Of a DNA stretch of 46,016 nt, positions 10,184-19,219 are shown in pieces. A program made the translations under genes and the position numbers. The first letter of the stretch is position 1; every line of letters begins with the position of its first letter. Under the pieces are notes generated by a model. That model did no database searches. It had not been told where the DNA came from and saw only the letters and a program-made list of their open reading frames with translations. This DNA is from Candidatus Thorarchaeota archaeon SMTZ1-45 (lineage in GTDB: Archaea > Asgardarchaeota > Thorarchaeia > Thorarchaeales > Thorarchaeaceae), in the NCBI GenBank assembly GCA_001563335.1, contig LRSL01000061.1, positions 1-46,016 on the forward strand. The letters run 5' to 3'.

Positions 10184-10309
10184 TACAATGCCATTCAGAT
10201 CAACCTGAGGGGCTGATTAAGATTTTCATTAATTGAGTCTATTTTACTTAGAAGAAGGGAATTATATTCAGAGTATCAGTAAGCTCAGTAAGAGTGGGTG
10301 ATATGACTC

Positions 10310-10813
10310 ATGTCTGAATATGACTCTTCAAATTATCAAAAACGAAAGACTAGAGTGGTTGCGGTCTCACTGATTATCGCTTTGTTCGCTCCTGTAGGAA
10401 TTACTCTGATTTCTCATCCTTATGGTGCATTTGCAGCAAATCTAATCGGTGTGTTTTGGATGGTCTTTATTGGCACTCCAATTCCAGTTGATGGAGGAGG
10501 GATGGTGCCACCCACTGTGGATCCAACAGCTGGGATTATGGTTGTGCCACTGATTGCATTACGGCTTCTGTTCGTATTTCTGCTGTATAGAGCATACAAT
10601 GGTCAGACATCGAGGAGATCTGCAATACTCTTGGGAGTCTTGAGTGAGCTATATTTAGTCATCATCAATATACCCAGCTACATAAGTTCAATTACAACTC
10701 TTTCAATAGGAGGACTCTATCTTCCCCTTCCAATCCTTCTACTGGTTGGAGCTCTGATGGTATGGAAATTCCCTCCATTTGTCCCTTCTAAACCATGGGA
10801 AGCGCCGGGTTAG
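10310..10813 (+). CDS. Hypothetical membrane protein, paralog of 12225..12827
   Basis: Hydrophobic helices; shared motifs AP.G, LRL.FV..Y..Y.G.T.R, SEL, PLPIL and PW. Confidence 0.75.
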   Translation: MSEYDSSNYQKRKTRVVAVSLIIALFAPVGITLISHPYGAFAANLIGVFWMVFIGTPIPVDGGGMVPPTVDPTAGIMVVPLIALRLLFVFLLYRAYNGQTSRRSAILLGVLSELYLVIINIPSYISSITTLSIGGLYLPLPILLLVGALMVWKFPPFVPSKPWEAPG

Positions 10814-10888
10814 TCTGAAATAACATCAGCTACTTCGATAGCTGGATGACATATTGATTTGCAGATACTCAAGTAGAGTCACTAAAAG

Positions 10889-11003
10889 ATCATCATAGCA
10901 CGAGGAATTTTCAGACCTGAATATCTACAGCGTTAACAAGAGGAATAAATGTAGTTTCGAAGTTTAATCTGAGAGAGGGGCGTCCTCTATTCCTTATTCT
11001 TTC
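10889..11003 (+). repeat. Dispersed element, copy D (full)
   Basis: atcatcatagcacgaggaattttcagacctgaatatctac..caagaggaataaatgtagtttc..gagagaggggcgtcctctattccttattctttc. Confidence 0.85.
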
Positions 11004-11029
11004 TTTAATTTATCAAGAAAATCAAATTA

Positions 11030-11069
11030 GAAAAAAGAAAGAGGGGAAGAGAGCAAATTAACTCTCTTC
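11030..11069 (-). terminator. Hairpin plus T-tract terminator of dps
   Basis: GAAGAGAG (11046-53) pairs with CTCTCTTC (11062-69), followed on the - strand by a pyrimidine/T run, just after the dps stop. Confidence 0.6.
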
Positions 11070-11086
11070 ACATCAATTTTCATTTG

Positions 11087-11641
11087 CTATTCAGGAAGGA
11101 ACTTACGTACAAATGGAGAGGTTTCACCTCTACGCATGAAATGTCCAGAAGGTCCCTCTCCAAGGAACTCTGAGAACCAAGACTCATGTTCCACCTCTTC
11201 ATGGAGGATGGCTTGTGATAATGCATAAGTCCGATGGTCTTTTCCTGCAGTCATGTTGCATATCTCAGAATAACCTCTTACCGCACAACGCTCAGCAGCT
11301 ACAAGCACTTTTAGAATTGCTTGAACATCCGTTGGATCCTTAGGGAGTTTGGCCGGGGGACATGCGGAAATGTTATGGAAATCGACCATATTCTCTGGGA
11401 GTTTGCCACCAAGCTCATAGATACGCGGTACCAACGCTTCGAAGTGGTTTCGATCTTCGATACGGGCAGCTTCAGCAATCTCCTTGATACCTTCACCCTC
11501 AAGTCCAATAAGGTTAGCTCGAAGAATTGTATAGTAGTAGTAAGTTGTTAACTCAGCAGCTGCATTTTTGACAAGAAGTTCAAGAAGCTTGTCAACATCA
11601 ATGCCTGCCTTCTCAACCATTTCTCTAGCAACTCGTGCCAT
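11087..11641 (-). CDS. dps: DpsL (archaeal DPS-like, thioferritin-type) protein
   Basis: AAELTTYYYY, IEDRNHFE, ISACPP, AERCAV (the two thioferritin Cys) and EEVEHE motifs. Confidence 0.92.
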   Translation of the reverse strand: MARVAREMVEKAGIDVDKLLELLVKNAAAELTTYYYYTILRANLIGLEGEGIKEIAEAARIEDRNHFEALVPRIYELGGKLPENMVDFHNISACPPAKLPKDPTDVQAILKVLVAAERCAVRGYSEICNMTAGKDHRTYALSQAILHEEVEHESWFSEFLGEGPSGHFMRRGETSPFVRKFLPE

Positions 11642-11670
11642 TATTAAATCACCTTAATTCTAAATAAAAG

Positions 11671-11690
11671 TAACTTCTATATAAAAGTTA
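11671..11690. promoter_or_regulatory. Palindromic operator overlapping TATA elements of divergent dps/fur
   Basis: TAACTTcTATATAaAAGTTA is a near-perfect palindrome in the 89-bp divergent gap. Confidence 0.6.
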
Positions 11691-11730
11691 TCTCAGATAG
11701 ATTTTTATTACTCCCTACAGGTTTTGAACT

Positions 11731-12117
11731 ATGGAAGAACGTCTGAGAGAGTCGGGCCTCAGGATCACTCCACAACGTCTTGAGCTGCTAAGAGTACTTG
11801 AGAAACACGGGAAGGACCATCCTTCATTCTCACAGGTATATGAAGCAGTCAGAACCAGACTTCAGAGTGTTAGTCAGTCCACAGTCCTGAAGAACATGGC
11901 CACATTTGAGGACATGGGAATTGTCCGCAGCTTTTCGTTCAGGGGCGAAACACATTATGAACTTAATCCCAAGCCACATGTGAATCTCATAGACGCGACG
12001 GGGAAGATAGTGGACATCGAAGGTGGGGAGATAAAGAAAGTACTCAATGAACTCATTGACACAATAAAGAGAGAAGCGGGTATTGAAACAAAGACTCTTC
12101 TTGTTATGGTTGAGTAA
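11731..12117 (+). CDS. Fur/PerR-family transcriptional regulator
   Basis: LRESGLRITPQR, HPS, SQSTV.KN..F...G.V motifs; divergent from dps. Confidence 0.88.
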   Translation: MEERLRESGLRITPQRLELLRVLEKHGKDHPSFSQVYEAVRTRLQSVSQSTVLKNMATFEDMGIVRSFSFRGETHYELNPKPHVNLIDATGKIVDIEGGEIKKVLNELIDTIKREAGIETKTLLVMVE

Positions 12118-12167
12118 TGTTTGACTATGCTCATAATAGAATGAGTAATGGTATTATTATCTTTAGA

Positions 12168-12207
12168 ATCGTCATGGTACGGAAAATCTTCGGACCAGAC
12201 TATCTGC
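12168..12207 (+). repeat. Dispersed element, copy E (left part)
   Basis: atcgtcatggtacggaaaatcttcggaccagactatctgc. Confidence 0.85.
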
Positions 12208-12224
12208 ATGATTTACTATGTTTC

Positions 12225-12827
12225 CTATTGGGAGCCTTTTTCAACCTGCAGCATACCCTTTTCATATTTGGATGACTTTGCCCACCAAGATTCAGAATCT
12301 TCAGGATTTTTCCAAGGAGTGGAAACTTCAAGAGGAGGTACCACCTTGATTGTGACTAGGGCAGCCAGGAATAGAATGGGAAGAGGAATGAAGAGCCGCG
12401 ATGATAGAGAGAACACAGGTATTATCGCACCTAGAATTCCAATTATCGCCATCTGTAATTCGCTTGCAGCTCCTACCAACATTGTACGTTTTCTTGTGGT
12501 TCTGCCTTGGTAGAGCTTGTATATCTGATAGACGAACACAAGTCTAAGAAAGGTGACCGGTAGATTTCCAATGAACACAAAAGGAGTGGGAATGGCTTCG
12601 TTGGGAACTGGAGATACATCTGCAAATGTGCCAGGAGGGTTGTTGATACCAAATCTGATTGGTAATGTCCACAGCATACATATCAAAGACATGTCTATAA
12701 TCCAGCCTGTAACTGGATCAAAAATGACATTAAGGCCAGCAGGAGCCAGAACTGCAATTATCGCCATTATTGCACCTGCAGCCCCAGACTTCAAAGTTCT
12801 ACTTTCACTTGTCTTCGCATTCTTCAT
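12225..12827 (-). CDS. Hypothetical membrane protein, paralog of 10310..10813
   Basis: Shares LRLVFVYQIYKLYQGRTTRK and FIPLPIL motifs with the paralog. Confidence 0.75.
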   Translation of the reverse strand: MKNAKTSESRTLKSGAAGAIMAIIAVLAPAGLNVIFDPVTGWIIDMSLICMLWTLPIRFGINNPPGTFADVSPVPNEAIPTPFVFIGNLPVTFLRLVFVYQIYKLYQGRTTRKRTMLVGAASELQMAIIGILGAIIPVFSLSSRLFIPLPILFLAALVTIKVVPPLEVSTPWKNPEDSESWWAKSSKYEKGMLQVEKGSQ

Positions 12828-12835
12828 CTATTACC

Positions 12836-13060
12836 TTACATCCATGATTGTTTTCGAAAATGTAGTTTCGCTATGACATAAGCCACAACTGCGACAGCAA
12901 GTCCCGTGACTCCAATCAAGAGGGTGGGATATTCCTGAGAAGGATCGCTTGGGCCAAAAAATGGTCTATAACTTAGGCTCAGTGCAACCAGAGTAGATCC
13001 TAGGACTGCACCTATAATGGCGGCACCAAGTATCTTGAAATTCAGACGTATTCTGTCCAA
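12836..13060 (-). CDS. Small 2-TM membrane protein
   Basis: Two hydrophobic segments, GGTGA RBS upstream, co-oriented with neighbours. Confidence 0.6.
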   Translation of the reverse strand: MDRIRLNFKILGAAIIGAVLGSTLVALSLSYRPFFGPSDPSQEYPTLLIGVTGLAVAVVAYVIAKLHFRKQSWM

Positions 13061-13138
13061 GTGGGATCACCATCGATTTACTTACAATCTGTTACAGTCA
13101 GTCATTGAATATAGTTCTAGGTTTTGAATCAAAGTGAT

Positions 13139-13594
13139 CTAGATTTTTACACGCCATACGTTTAGGGTCTCTCTCCAAGATGTGAAGGTTGCGAAAATCA
13201 GAACCGCAGCTAATAATAAGCCTGTGGAGTTCAGAAAGATTGGAATGTAAATAACCACCCCTATGAGAACAACAGAATAGAACACTGAGTAGAATAAGTA
13301 TCGTGGGACTAGAAATCTACCAGCACCAACGAAGAAACTGAGCAAACCTGCCTTGAACTCCTGAATCACATAGTACTGACCATTCTCATCAACATCAATC
13401 AAAGAGAGATTCTTTAGTTTGTTGAGGTGATAGATTGCGAGACTGGGACTGGAGAGACCAGAACCTCGTTGTATCTCTCTCATGCCCATTGGACGAAGAT
13501 GGCGAAGCATATAGAAGTACACGCGCTGGGTTTTCCCCTTCAGCAGCGACTCAAGCTCCTCATTAGTCAGCTCATCAGAAGATTTCCTTTCCAT
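13139..13594 (-). CDS. Winged-HTH regulator with C-terminal TM helices
   Basis: MGMREIQRGSGLSSPSLAIYHLNKL HTH followed by two hydrophobic helices. Confidence 0.8.
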   Translation of the reverse strand: MERKSSDELTNEELESLLKGKTQRVYFYMLRHLRPMGMREIQRGSGLSSPSLAIYHLNKLKNLSLIDVDENGQYYVIQEFKAGLLSFFVGAGRFLVPRYLFYSVFYSVVLIGVVIYIPIFLNSTGLLLAAVLIFATFTSWRETLNVWRVKI

Positions 13595-13731
13595 CTCTCA
13601 CGCCACGCGAAAAAGTAAGACACTTTGCTAACTGATGTTTCGTAATCTAGTTACAAATCTTTAGACCAAAGCAAAAACAGGCTTAAAGCTTCTACAATGG
13701 TGCTCCCCATAACTGGACTCTAGTTTCGTTT

Positions 13732-13826
13732 TAGGGGAAATCTTCCACACAGACTATTTGCTATATCGACAAGAAAAAAGTGTAGTTTCTAATCGAGAGA
13801 GGGGCTTCCTCACTCCGTTGCTCTTT
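13732..13826 (+). repeat. Dispersed element, copy F (near full)
   Basis: ggggaaatcttccacacagactatttgc..gacaagaaaaaagtgtagtttctaatcgagagaggggcttcctcactccgttgctcttt. Confidence 0.85.
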
Positions 13827-13846
13827 GAAGTATGGTTGTAATGATC

Positions 13847-14770
13847 CTATTTGGATAGCCATGGACAGCAGTCCCTATTTGTTCTGTGGAAGTCCTCCCA
13901 TGTGAGCCACCCTAACCTACCGCGAAGCTCAAGCCAGTTCAGATTTTTCCTATGAGGAAGGTCGACAGTCATAGATTCCTGATTCTTCTTGTAATCATTG
14001 AACTTGCATCCATATAACCTGCGGGAGGGATTGAGTTTGAACATCTCAGGCGTCAATAGGAGGAACAATGTTCTCTTAGGATCTCTCCTGCATAACGGTT
14101 CGCAGAGATGACTGTTTTCCTCCAACATGACATCGATGATTCTAGCCATCTGGTTTCTGGTAGAGTCATATGTGACCTGATAGCTGATATCAGATAGAAC
14201 CTTCGCTTCTACCATCACCGCAAACCCATTACTGGGGTTCATTAGTAAAGCGTCTATGTGTGTGGGACCTTCCAGATTCCTCTTTCCATATGCACTGTCT
14301 AAGATGTGAGGAATGAATTGTCGTTCATTCAAGTATTTGCCAAGCCAAGACTTGTATGAGGATGGTGAAGGTAGCGTGGTTTCAAAGAAAAGCTCTAAGT
14401 CTCCTTCCAAGCACTCTCGCCAAGAGTTTAGACCTGCGAGAGGAGGACTTGCACCAAAAGCATCAGTGAAGAGTTTCTGCAACATCTGCAGTCGTCGTTC
14501 GTCATAGAACATCGTCATCATACAGGAAGCAACCCAGAATCGTTCATCCTTCTCAAGCTGACAGGGACGTTTTATCTCAGTAAGAGACTTGCCTTTCATA
14601 TCTGGGTTATCAGCAAGATACTGATGATACCGTTGGATACTAGTCTTATAGTAGCTCAGATGCTTTTCATTGGTAACGCATTTTCCTCGATACTTGACTT
14701 TCGCAAAATGGTTCAATAGCTGCTTTTCTGTGAAGGGTAGATAAGTACTATCTAAGACCACGCTCATCAA
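13847..14770 (-). CDS. Putative PD-(D/E)xK restriction-endonuclease-like protein
   Basis: EGPTHIDALL...VMVEAKVLSD...RNQMAR motif and C-terminal GWLTWED. Confidence 0.6.
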   Translation of the reverse strand: MMSVVLDSTYLPFTEKQLLNHFAKVKYRGKCVTNEKHLSYYKTSIQRYHQYLADNPDMKGKSLTEIKRPCQLEKDERFWVASCMMTMFYDERRLQMLQKLFTDAFGASPPLAGLNSWRECLEGDLELFFETTLPSPSSYKSWLGKYLNERQFIPHILDSAYGKRNLEGPTHIDALLMNPSNGFAVMVEAKVLSDISYQVTYDSTRNQMARIIDVMLEENSHLCEPLCRRDPKRTLFLLLTPEMFKLNPSRRLYGCKFNDYKKNQESMTVDLPHRKNLNWLELRGRLGWLTWEDFHRTNRDCCPWLSK

Positions 14771-14820
14771 AAATCACTCCCTGTTTCAAGTATGATTCCT
14801 ACAATATGAATCTGCTGAAG

Positions 14821-14928
14821 GTCATCACGACTTAGGAGATTTTTTGGCTTGATTATCTGCTTTACAGGTAAAAGAAACAGATGTAGTTTCCATTCAGTAT
14901 CAAGGGGGTTTCTTCATCTCTCCTTTAC
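14821..14928 (+). repeat. Dispersed element, copy G (full)
   Basis: gtcatcacgacttaggagattttttggcttgattatctgctttacaggtaaaagaaacagatgtagtttc..caagggggtttcttcatctctcctttact. Confidence 0.85.
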
Positions 14929-15206
14929 TATTGATTTTGAGTTCACCAATATGAGAGACTGTATTTTCTCTCCAACAATTGAAGTGGGCACATTACTAGA
15001 TAGTAGAGTTCTAACAATATCAGAGAGTGGGAGCGAGATGATATTGACTACACCGCCCTCCGCTTTGCGCTATACTCATTGATTAATCGTTATGGCTCGT
15101 GAAGTGTTTCTTTGCGGTTTCAAGTGTAAGTGCTGATGAAGACCTTTTACGTCATCATCGTCACATTTATAACCATTTGATACATATGGTGATTATGGTG
15201 ACAAAT

Positions 15207-15509
15207 ATGACAAATGATGAGAAAACCAACGATGATAATGAAGTACGTGAACGAATGCGGAAAAGGTTCCAAGAGCTTGATGAGCGACAGCGAAAGAGAG
15301 AGGAGGCAAGCTCAGCATGGGTGTTTGTTCTCTACATCGGGTTCCTTATTACTTTCATTGGAGCGTTCATGATGCTATTCTTTCTCGGTATCATTCCCCT
15401 TACACTGGAGATAATCATTTCCACCGGAGTGATTCTCTTTGGAGTCTTCTTCATGGCTATAGCGGTCTTCCTGAGGAGAGCCCCAAGTCTAGTTCTGGAC
15501 GAGCTCTGA
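15207..15509 (+). CDS. Small membrane protein (charged N-terminus, 2 TM)
   Basis: Part of ORF 15099..15509; ATG 15207 follows GGTGA. Confidence 0.65.
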   Translation: MTNDEKTNDDNEVRERMRKRFQELDERQRKREEASSAWVFVLYIGFLITFIGAFMMLFFLGIIPLTLEIIISTGVILFGVFFMAIAVFLRRAPSLVLDEL

Positions 15510-15535
15510 ACTTGCATTGATAAGAGGGTGATCAT

Positions 15536-15925
15536 GTGACTGATGTGACGATACGAGGCATAGACGATCATGTCTATAGCCTCTTTTCTGCTGAGGCGAG
15601 AAGGAGAAGTGTTCCAATAGGAGAACTAGTGACACAGGTCATGCGCATCTTTCTCGAGGAAACAACTGAGAAGCGGTTTACTGTGGAGGGCTTGGATGAA
15701 TTGACCATTACAAGGGATGAACTGGAATCGGTCGGAGGCCGCATTGGGTTCAATAGTATTAAGACCCTTACAATCAGTGAAGATATTGATTGGGAACTGT
15801 TTGATCAATACGTCGATGAGATTCGGAAGTCCAAGACAGTAATTATCCCCGACTCCTTGACCAAGTTGCAGGTTCTGACAAAATGCAGGAATGTTGACAA
15901 GATAGTCAAAAGTAGTGTTTCGTGA
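15536..15925 (+). CDS. Hypothetical protein with N-terminal ribbon-helix-helix-like segment
   Basis: DVTIRGIDDHVYSLFSAEARRRSVPIGELV resembles FitA/CopG-type RHH. Confidence 0.65.
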   Translation: MTDVTIRGIDDHVYSLFSAEARRRSVPIGELVTQVMRIFLEETTEKRFTVEGLDELTITRDELESVGGRIGFNSIKTLTISEDIDWELFDQYVDEIRKSKTVIIPDSLTKLQVLTKCRNVDKIVKSSVS

Positions 15926-15970
15926 AATCTTCGGATCAGAATATCTTACTACGCGTATAGAGTAAGAGAG
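15921..15970 (+). repeat. Dispersed element, copy H (partial, overlaps upstream stop codon)
   Basis: gtgaaatcttcggatcagaatatctt matches copy E. Confidence 0.75.
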
Positions 15971-16254
15971 GTCAAGGTGAGGGGCAGGGTGGGATTGGGG
16001 TGGTTGGGAGACTTCAACGAAAAAGTCAACACAGGGCTTTTCAGACGTCCACTAAACATAAGATCGATAACCTGTATTATGATTGGGAAATATAGGGAGA
16101 ATCATAATCCATAACTCGAAGAAATATTGAAGACTTCATTTACGAGGGAATGTTAAGTAATAAGCTCTAAGGAGTATTTCCAAAATTCTAGAAACGGTTC
16201 ATTCTTGCTTAAGCCAGAGATATTATATTGGAAGATTGTCCTATACTAGGTTAC

Positions 16255-16272
16255 ATACCGACCAGTCGGTAT
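16255..16272. promoter_or_regulatory. TetR-type operator
   Basis: Perfect ATACCGAC-ca-GTCGGTAT palindrome just upstream of an operon ending in a TetR gene. Confidence 0.75.
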
Positions 16273-16309
16273 TGATTGATAGGTTGGTCTGAAAACGAAA
16301 AAGTGGGGA

Positions 16310-17830
16310 ATGACGACAGACTCCAAGGTAAATATACTGACTCGTCTTACATCATTTCGATTGATAAGAAGTCTACTAGTAGCCATTACCAAAATGTGCC
16401 CGTCTGATGGCGACACACGACTCAATGTTGCTCTAGACCTTATTGCTGAAAGAAGAACAAATGCATGTACAATTTGCAGGATTTCAGCAATTCTTACACG
16501 AGTGATGTTAGCAATTGGCTCAACGGTTTTTGGAACGACCTTGGATGTTGTGCAGAAAAGTCTCAATGACAATATTTTCAGAAGATCCATGTCAAGTGTT
16601 ATCAGTGGCTTGGCGAGATTTGGGGTAAACAAACCATTCACACCTGGAGCTCCCTTTCAAGTTGTATGGAATGTGACCAAATCCTGTAACCTGAGGTGTA
16701 AACATTGCTATGAGAGTGCAGGTCAGAAAGACCCTAATGAATTGTCAACAAAACAGGCGCTCAGGGTTATTGACAAGCTTGCAGATGCTGGTGTTGTGTT
16801 CCTAGCATTTTCTGGCGGTGAGCCAACAATCAGACCTGATATTCTTACTCTTATTCGTAGAGCGACAGAGCAGGAGATGTATGTCGCAGTTGCAACAAAT
16901 GGAATAGCTTTCTCCAATCCAGACAGAGTTCGGTTGTTCAAGAACGCAGGGATGAAGTTTGTTCAGATTAGTATAGATGGGGCTAATGCAGTAACTCATG
17001 ATGAGTTCAAAGGAGTTCCAGGAGCCTTTGCGCGGACAATTTCTGGAATAAGGAATTGTGTAGCGGAGGGATTGTTCGTTGAAGTATCCACAACTGTGAC
17101 AAGACACAACATTGCTGAGATTTATGATGTAATCAGTCTATGCGAAGGTCTAGAAGTTCGGTGGCTTATGTTTTACAATCTTGTTCCTGTTGGGCGAGGA
17201 AAAGAGCTAATTGACATGGACCTCACACCAGATGAACGTGAATATCTACTAGAAGTATTATGGGAGAGAATCTCCAGTGAACAAAAATCTTCAATGGAGG
17301 TGTTGACAACTGCACCCCAGCTTGGAAGGTTTGCATATGAAGCAAACGCCAGAAGTAATAGCAGAGATGAGATCATATCTCCAACGCACTTTAACAATGC
17401 ACGACTACCATCACAGATGATAGGATTAGCAGAGTTCATCGGTGGTTGTGGTGCAGGGCGTTTTTATGTTGCACTTGAGCCGAATGGTGATATCTATCCT
17501 TGTGTCTTTTTCCCCCATATTGAAACGATGAAAGTAGGTAACATTGTTACTGATGATTTTGAGGCAATATGGACTGACTCACCACTTCTCAGAAGACTGA
17601 GAAACAAGGACCTCCTGCAAGATGCATGCGGGAGTTGCGAAAAGAGATACGTATGCGGTGGCTGTCGAGCTCGAGCAATAGGCTACTTTGGAGATGAGCT
17701 TGCTCCAGATCCAGGATGTATCAACAATAGGGATATTTGGGACAAATTAGCTGGAATCTGCGTTTCAGAGCTAGAATTCCTCGTATGTATTTCGTCATCT
17801 GTTGCAAAAGCTAATTTTTCGGAGGGATGA
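16310..17830 (+). CDS. Radical SAM/SPASM protein (possibly GMGT synthase Gms-like)
   Basis: CNLRCKHC, SGGEP, GCGAG...PC and CGSC...CGGCRAR...DPGC motifs; about 110-aa N-terminal extension. Confidence 0.9.
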   Translation: MTTDSKVNILTRLTSFRLIRSLLVAITKMCPSDGDTRLNVALDLIAERRTNACTICRISAILTRVMLAIGSTVFGTTLDVVQKSLNDNIFRRSMSSVISGLARFGVNKPFTPGAPFQVVWNVTKSCNLRCKHCYESAGQKDPNELSTKQALRVIDKLADAGVVFLAFSGGEPTIRPDILTLIRRATEQEMYVAVATNGIAFSNPDRVRLFKNAGMKFVQISIDGANAVTHDEFKGVPGAFARTISGIRNCVAEGLFVEVSTTVTRHNIAEIYDVISLCEGLEVRWLMFYNLVPVGRGKELIDMDLTPDEREYLLEVLWERISSEQKSSMEVLTTAPQLGRFAYEANARSNSRDEIISPTHFNNARLPSQMIGLAEFIGGCGAGRFYVALEPNGDIYPCVFFPHIETMKVGNIVTDDFEAIWTDSPLLRRLRNKDLLQDACGSCEKRYVCGGCRARAIGYFGDELAPDPGCINNRDIWDKLAGICVSELEFLVCISSSVAKANFSEG

Positions 17831-17833
17831 AGA

Positions 17834-19219
17834 TTAGCTAGAGTTCTGCTCACAGTGCCTCATTCAAGCTGTGATATTCGGGACTCTTTCAACTACACAA
17901 GCCCTCCATTGGGACTTGGGTATATTGCTAGTTATCTCAGAGAAACTGGAGATCACCAAGTAAAAATACACGATGGGCTCCTTCAACACTCAAGGGCTTC
18001 AGATTTCGCAGAAACCCTTACTTCTTTCTCCCCAGATGTTGTAGGCATAAGTGGCCAAACGACTCCCTCCATTTACGACGTGTATCGAACTGCAAAGGCG
18101 GTCAAGAAACACGACCCTGCAACTCTTGTTGTAGTTGGAGGAGCCCACGTGACCTTTCAGGATGAGCAAGTACTCAAGGATTGCCCTGAGATTGATGTGG
18201 TTGTGAGAGGAGAGGGAGAAGTGACCATGAAAATGCTTCTAGATGAAATCAGCGAAAATAGATGTAACGTTAGAGTAGAGGGAACTACTACACGCTTGGG
18301 CACCAGCATATTGAGGAATCCAGACAGACCGTATATCGCTAATCTCAACTCTCTGCCGTTTCCAGCATACGACCTCCTTAATCTCACATCGTACTTTCCA
18401 CGAGGAAAGAGAATAGCTCCGATGATAACAAGTAGAGGCTGCCCATACCAATGCACATTTTGTTCATCATCAAGGATTACAGGAAAGCGCTGGAGAGGTA
18501 GATCAGCAGAAAATGTAGTGAGAGAAATCGAGCTGTTACAAGAAAGATATGGTGTTCGCGATGTAACATTCCTTGATGACTTATTCACATTTGACCATCA
18601 GAGAGTTGAGGAGATATGCTCACTGATAATCAAAGATGTGGACAACATTGGATGGACCTGCTCATCAAGGGCAGACATAATGACTCGTCATCCAGAGATA
18701 GCTGATTGGCTAAAGGACTCAGGTTGTCATACTCTCTATATCGGAGCAGAATCAGGCAGCCAACGAATACTTGATAAAATAAAGAAAGGGATTCGAATTA
18801 GCCAGATAATCAATGCTGTAAAAAGAGCCAAAGCTGTTGGTCTTGAAGTTGTCCTCTCTTTTATTCTAGGAATACCGGGAGAAACTCAAGAGGATATTCG
18901 TTCGACTATTGATTTTGCTTGCAGATTAGATCCTGACCTAGCTCAGTTCACTATCTGTACACCGTATCCTGGGACACCAATGTACGAGGAAGCGATTGAA
19001 AACGGATGGTTATCTGTTCCAGATTGGTCACTATTTACAGTTTTAGAACCGATTATGGATCTTCCAGGACTATCCAGAAAATGGATCAAGCAACAACTCA
19101 CGCGAGCATACTACAAGTTTTACACAAGGCCTAGCTTCATCTGGAGGCAAATCAAGATGAAGAATCTCGATATCTTCAAGGTCGCATTCAGGAGTATGCT
19201 GAACAAAATCAGGAAGTGA
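17834..19219 (+). CDS. Cobalamin-binding (class B) radical SAM methyltransferase
   Basis: PPLGLGYIA, GGAHVT, GEGE, SRGCPYQCTFC and TPYPGT motifs. The family-like N-terminus LARVLLTVP begins at TTA 17834 (ORF track starts at GTG 17855). Confidence 0.9.
   Translation, partial: LARVLLTVPHSSCDIRDSFNYTSPPLGLGYIASYLRETGDHQVKIHDGLLQHSRASDFAETLTSFSPDVVGISGQTTPSIYDVYRTAKAVKKHDPATLVVVGGAHVTFQDEQVLKDCPEIDVVVRGEGEVTMKMLLDEISENRCNVRVEGTTTRLGTSILRNPDRPYIANLNSLPFPAYDLLNLTSYFPRGKRIAPMITSRGCPYQCTFCSSSRITGKRWRGRSAENVVREIELLQERYGVRDVTFLDDLFTFDHQRVEEICSLIIKDVDNIGWTCSSRADIMTRHPEIADWLKDSGCHTLYIGAESGSQRILDKIKKGIRISQIINAVKRAKAVGLEVVLSFILGIPGETQEDIRSTIDFACRLDPDLAQFTICTPYPGTPMYEEAIENGWLSVPDWSLFTVLEPIMDLPGLSRKWIKQQLTRAYYKFYTRPSFIWRQIKMKNLDIFKVAFRSMLNKIRK

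Noticed and set aside
10951-10995. tctgagagagggg...cctcta resembles group II intron domain VI after a bulged domain-V-like stem
   Set aside because: No AGC/CGC triad or GNRA-capped 34-nt domain V, no RT/maturase, and no long intron body; resemblance only.
9403-14928. Element as a CRISPR array or classical attC
   Set aside because: Spacing is 0.5-4 kb with whole genes between copies, the copies are degenerate, there are no cas or intI genes, and there are no RYYYAAC/GTTRRRY ends.
14849-15082. 77-aa ORF on the + strand
   Set aside because: It starts inside element copy G, with no RBS or recognisable domain.
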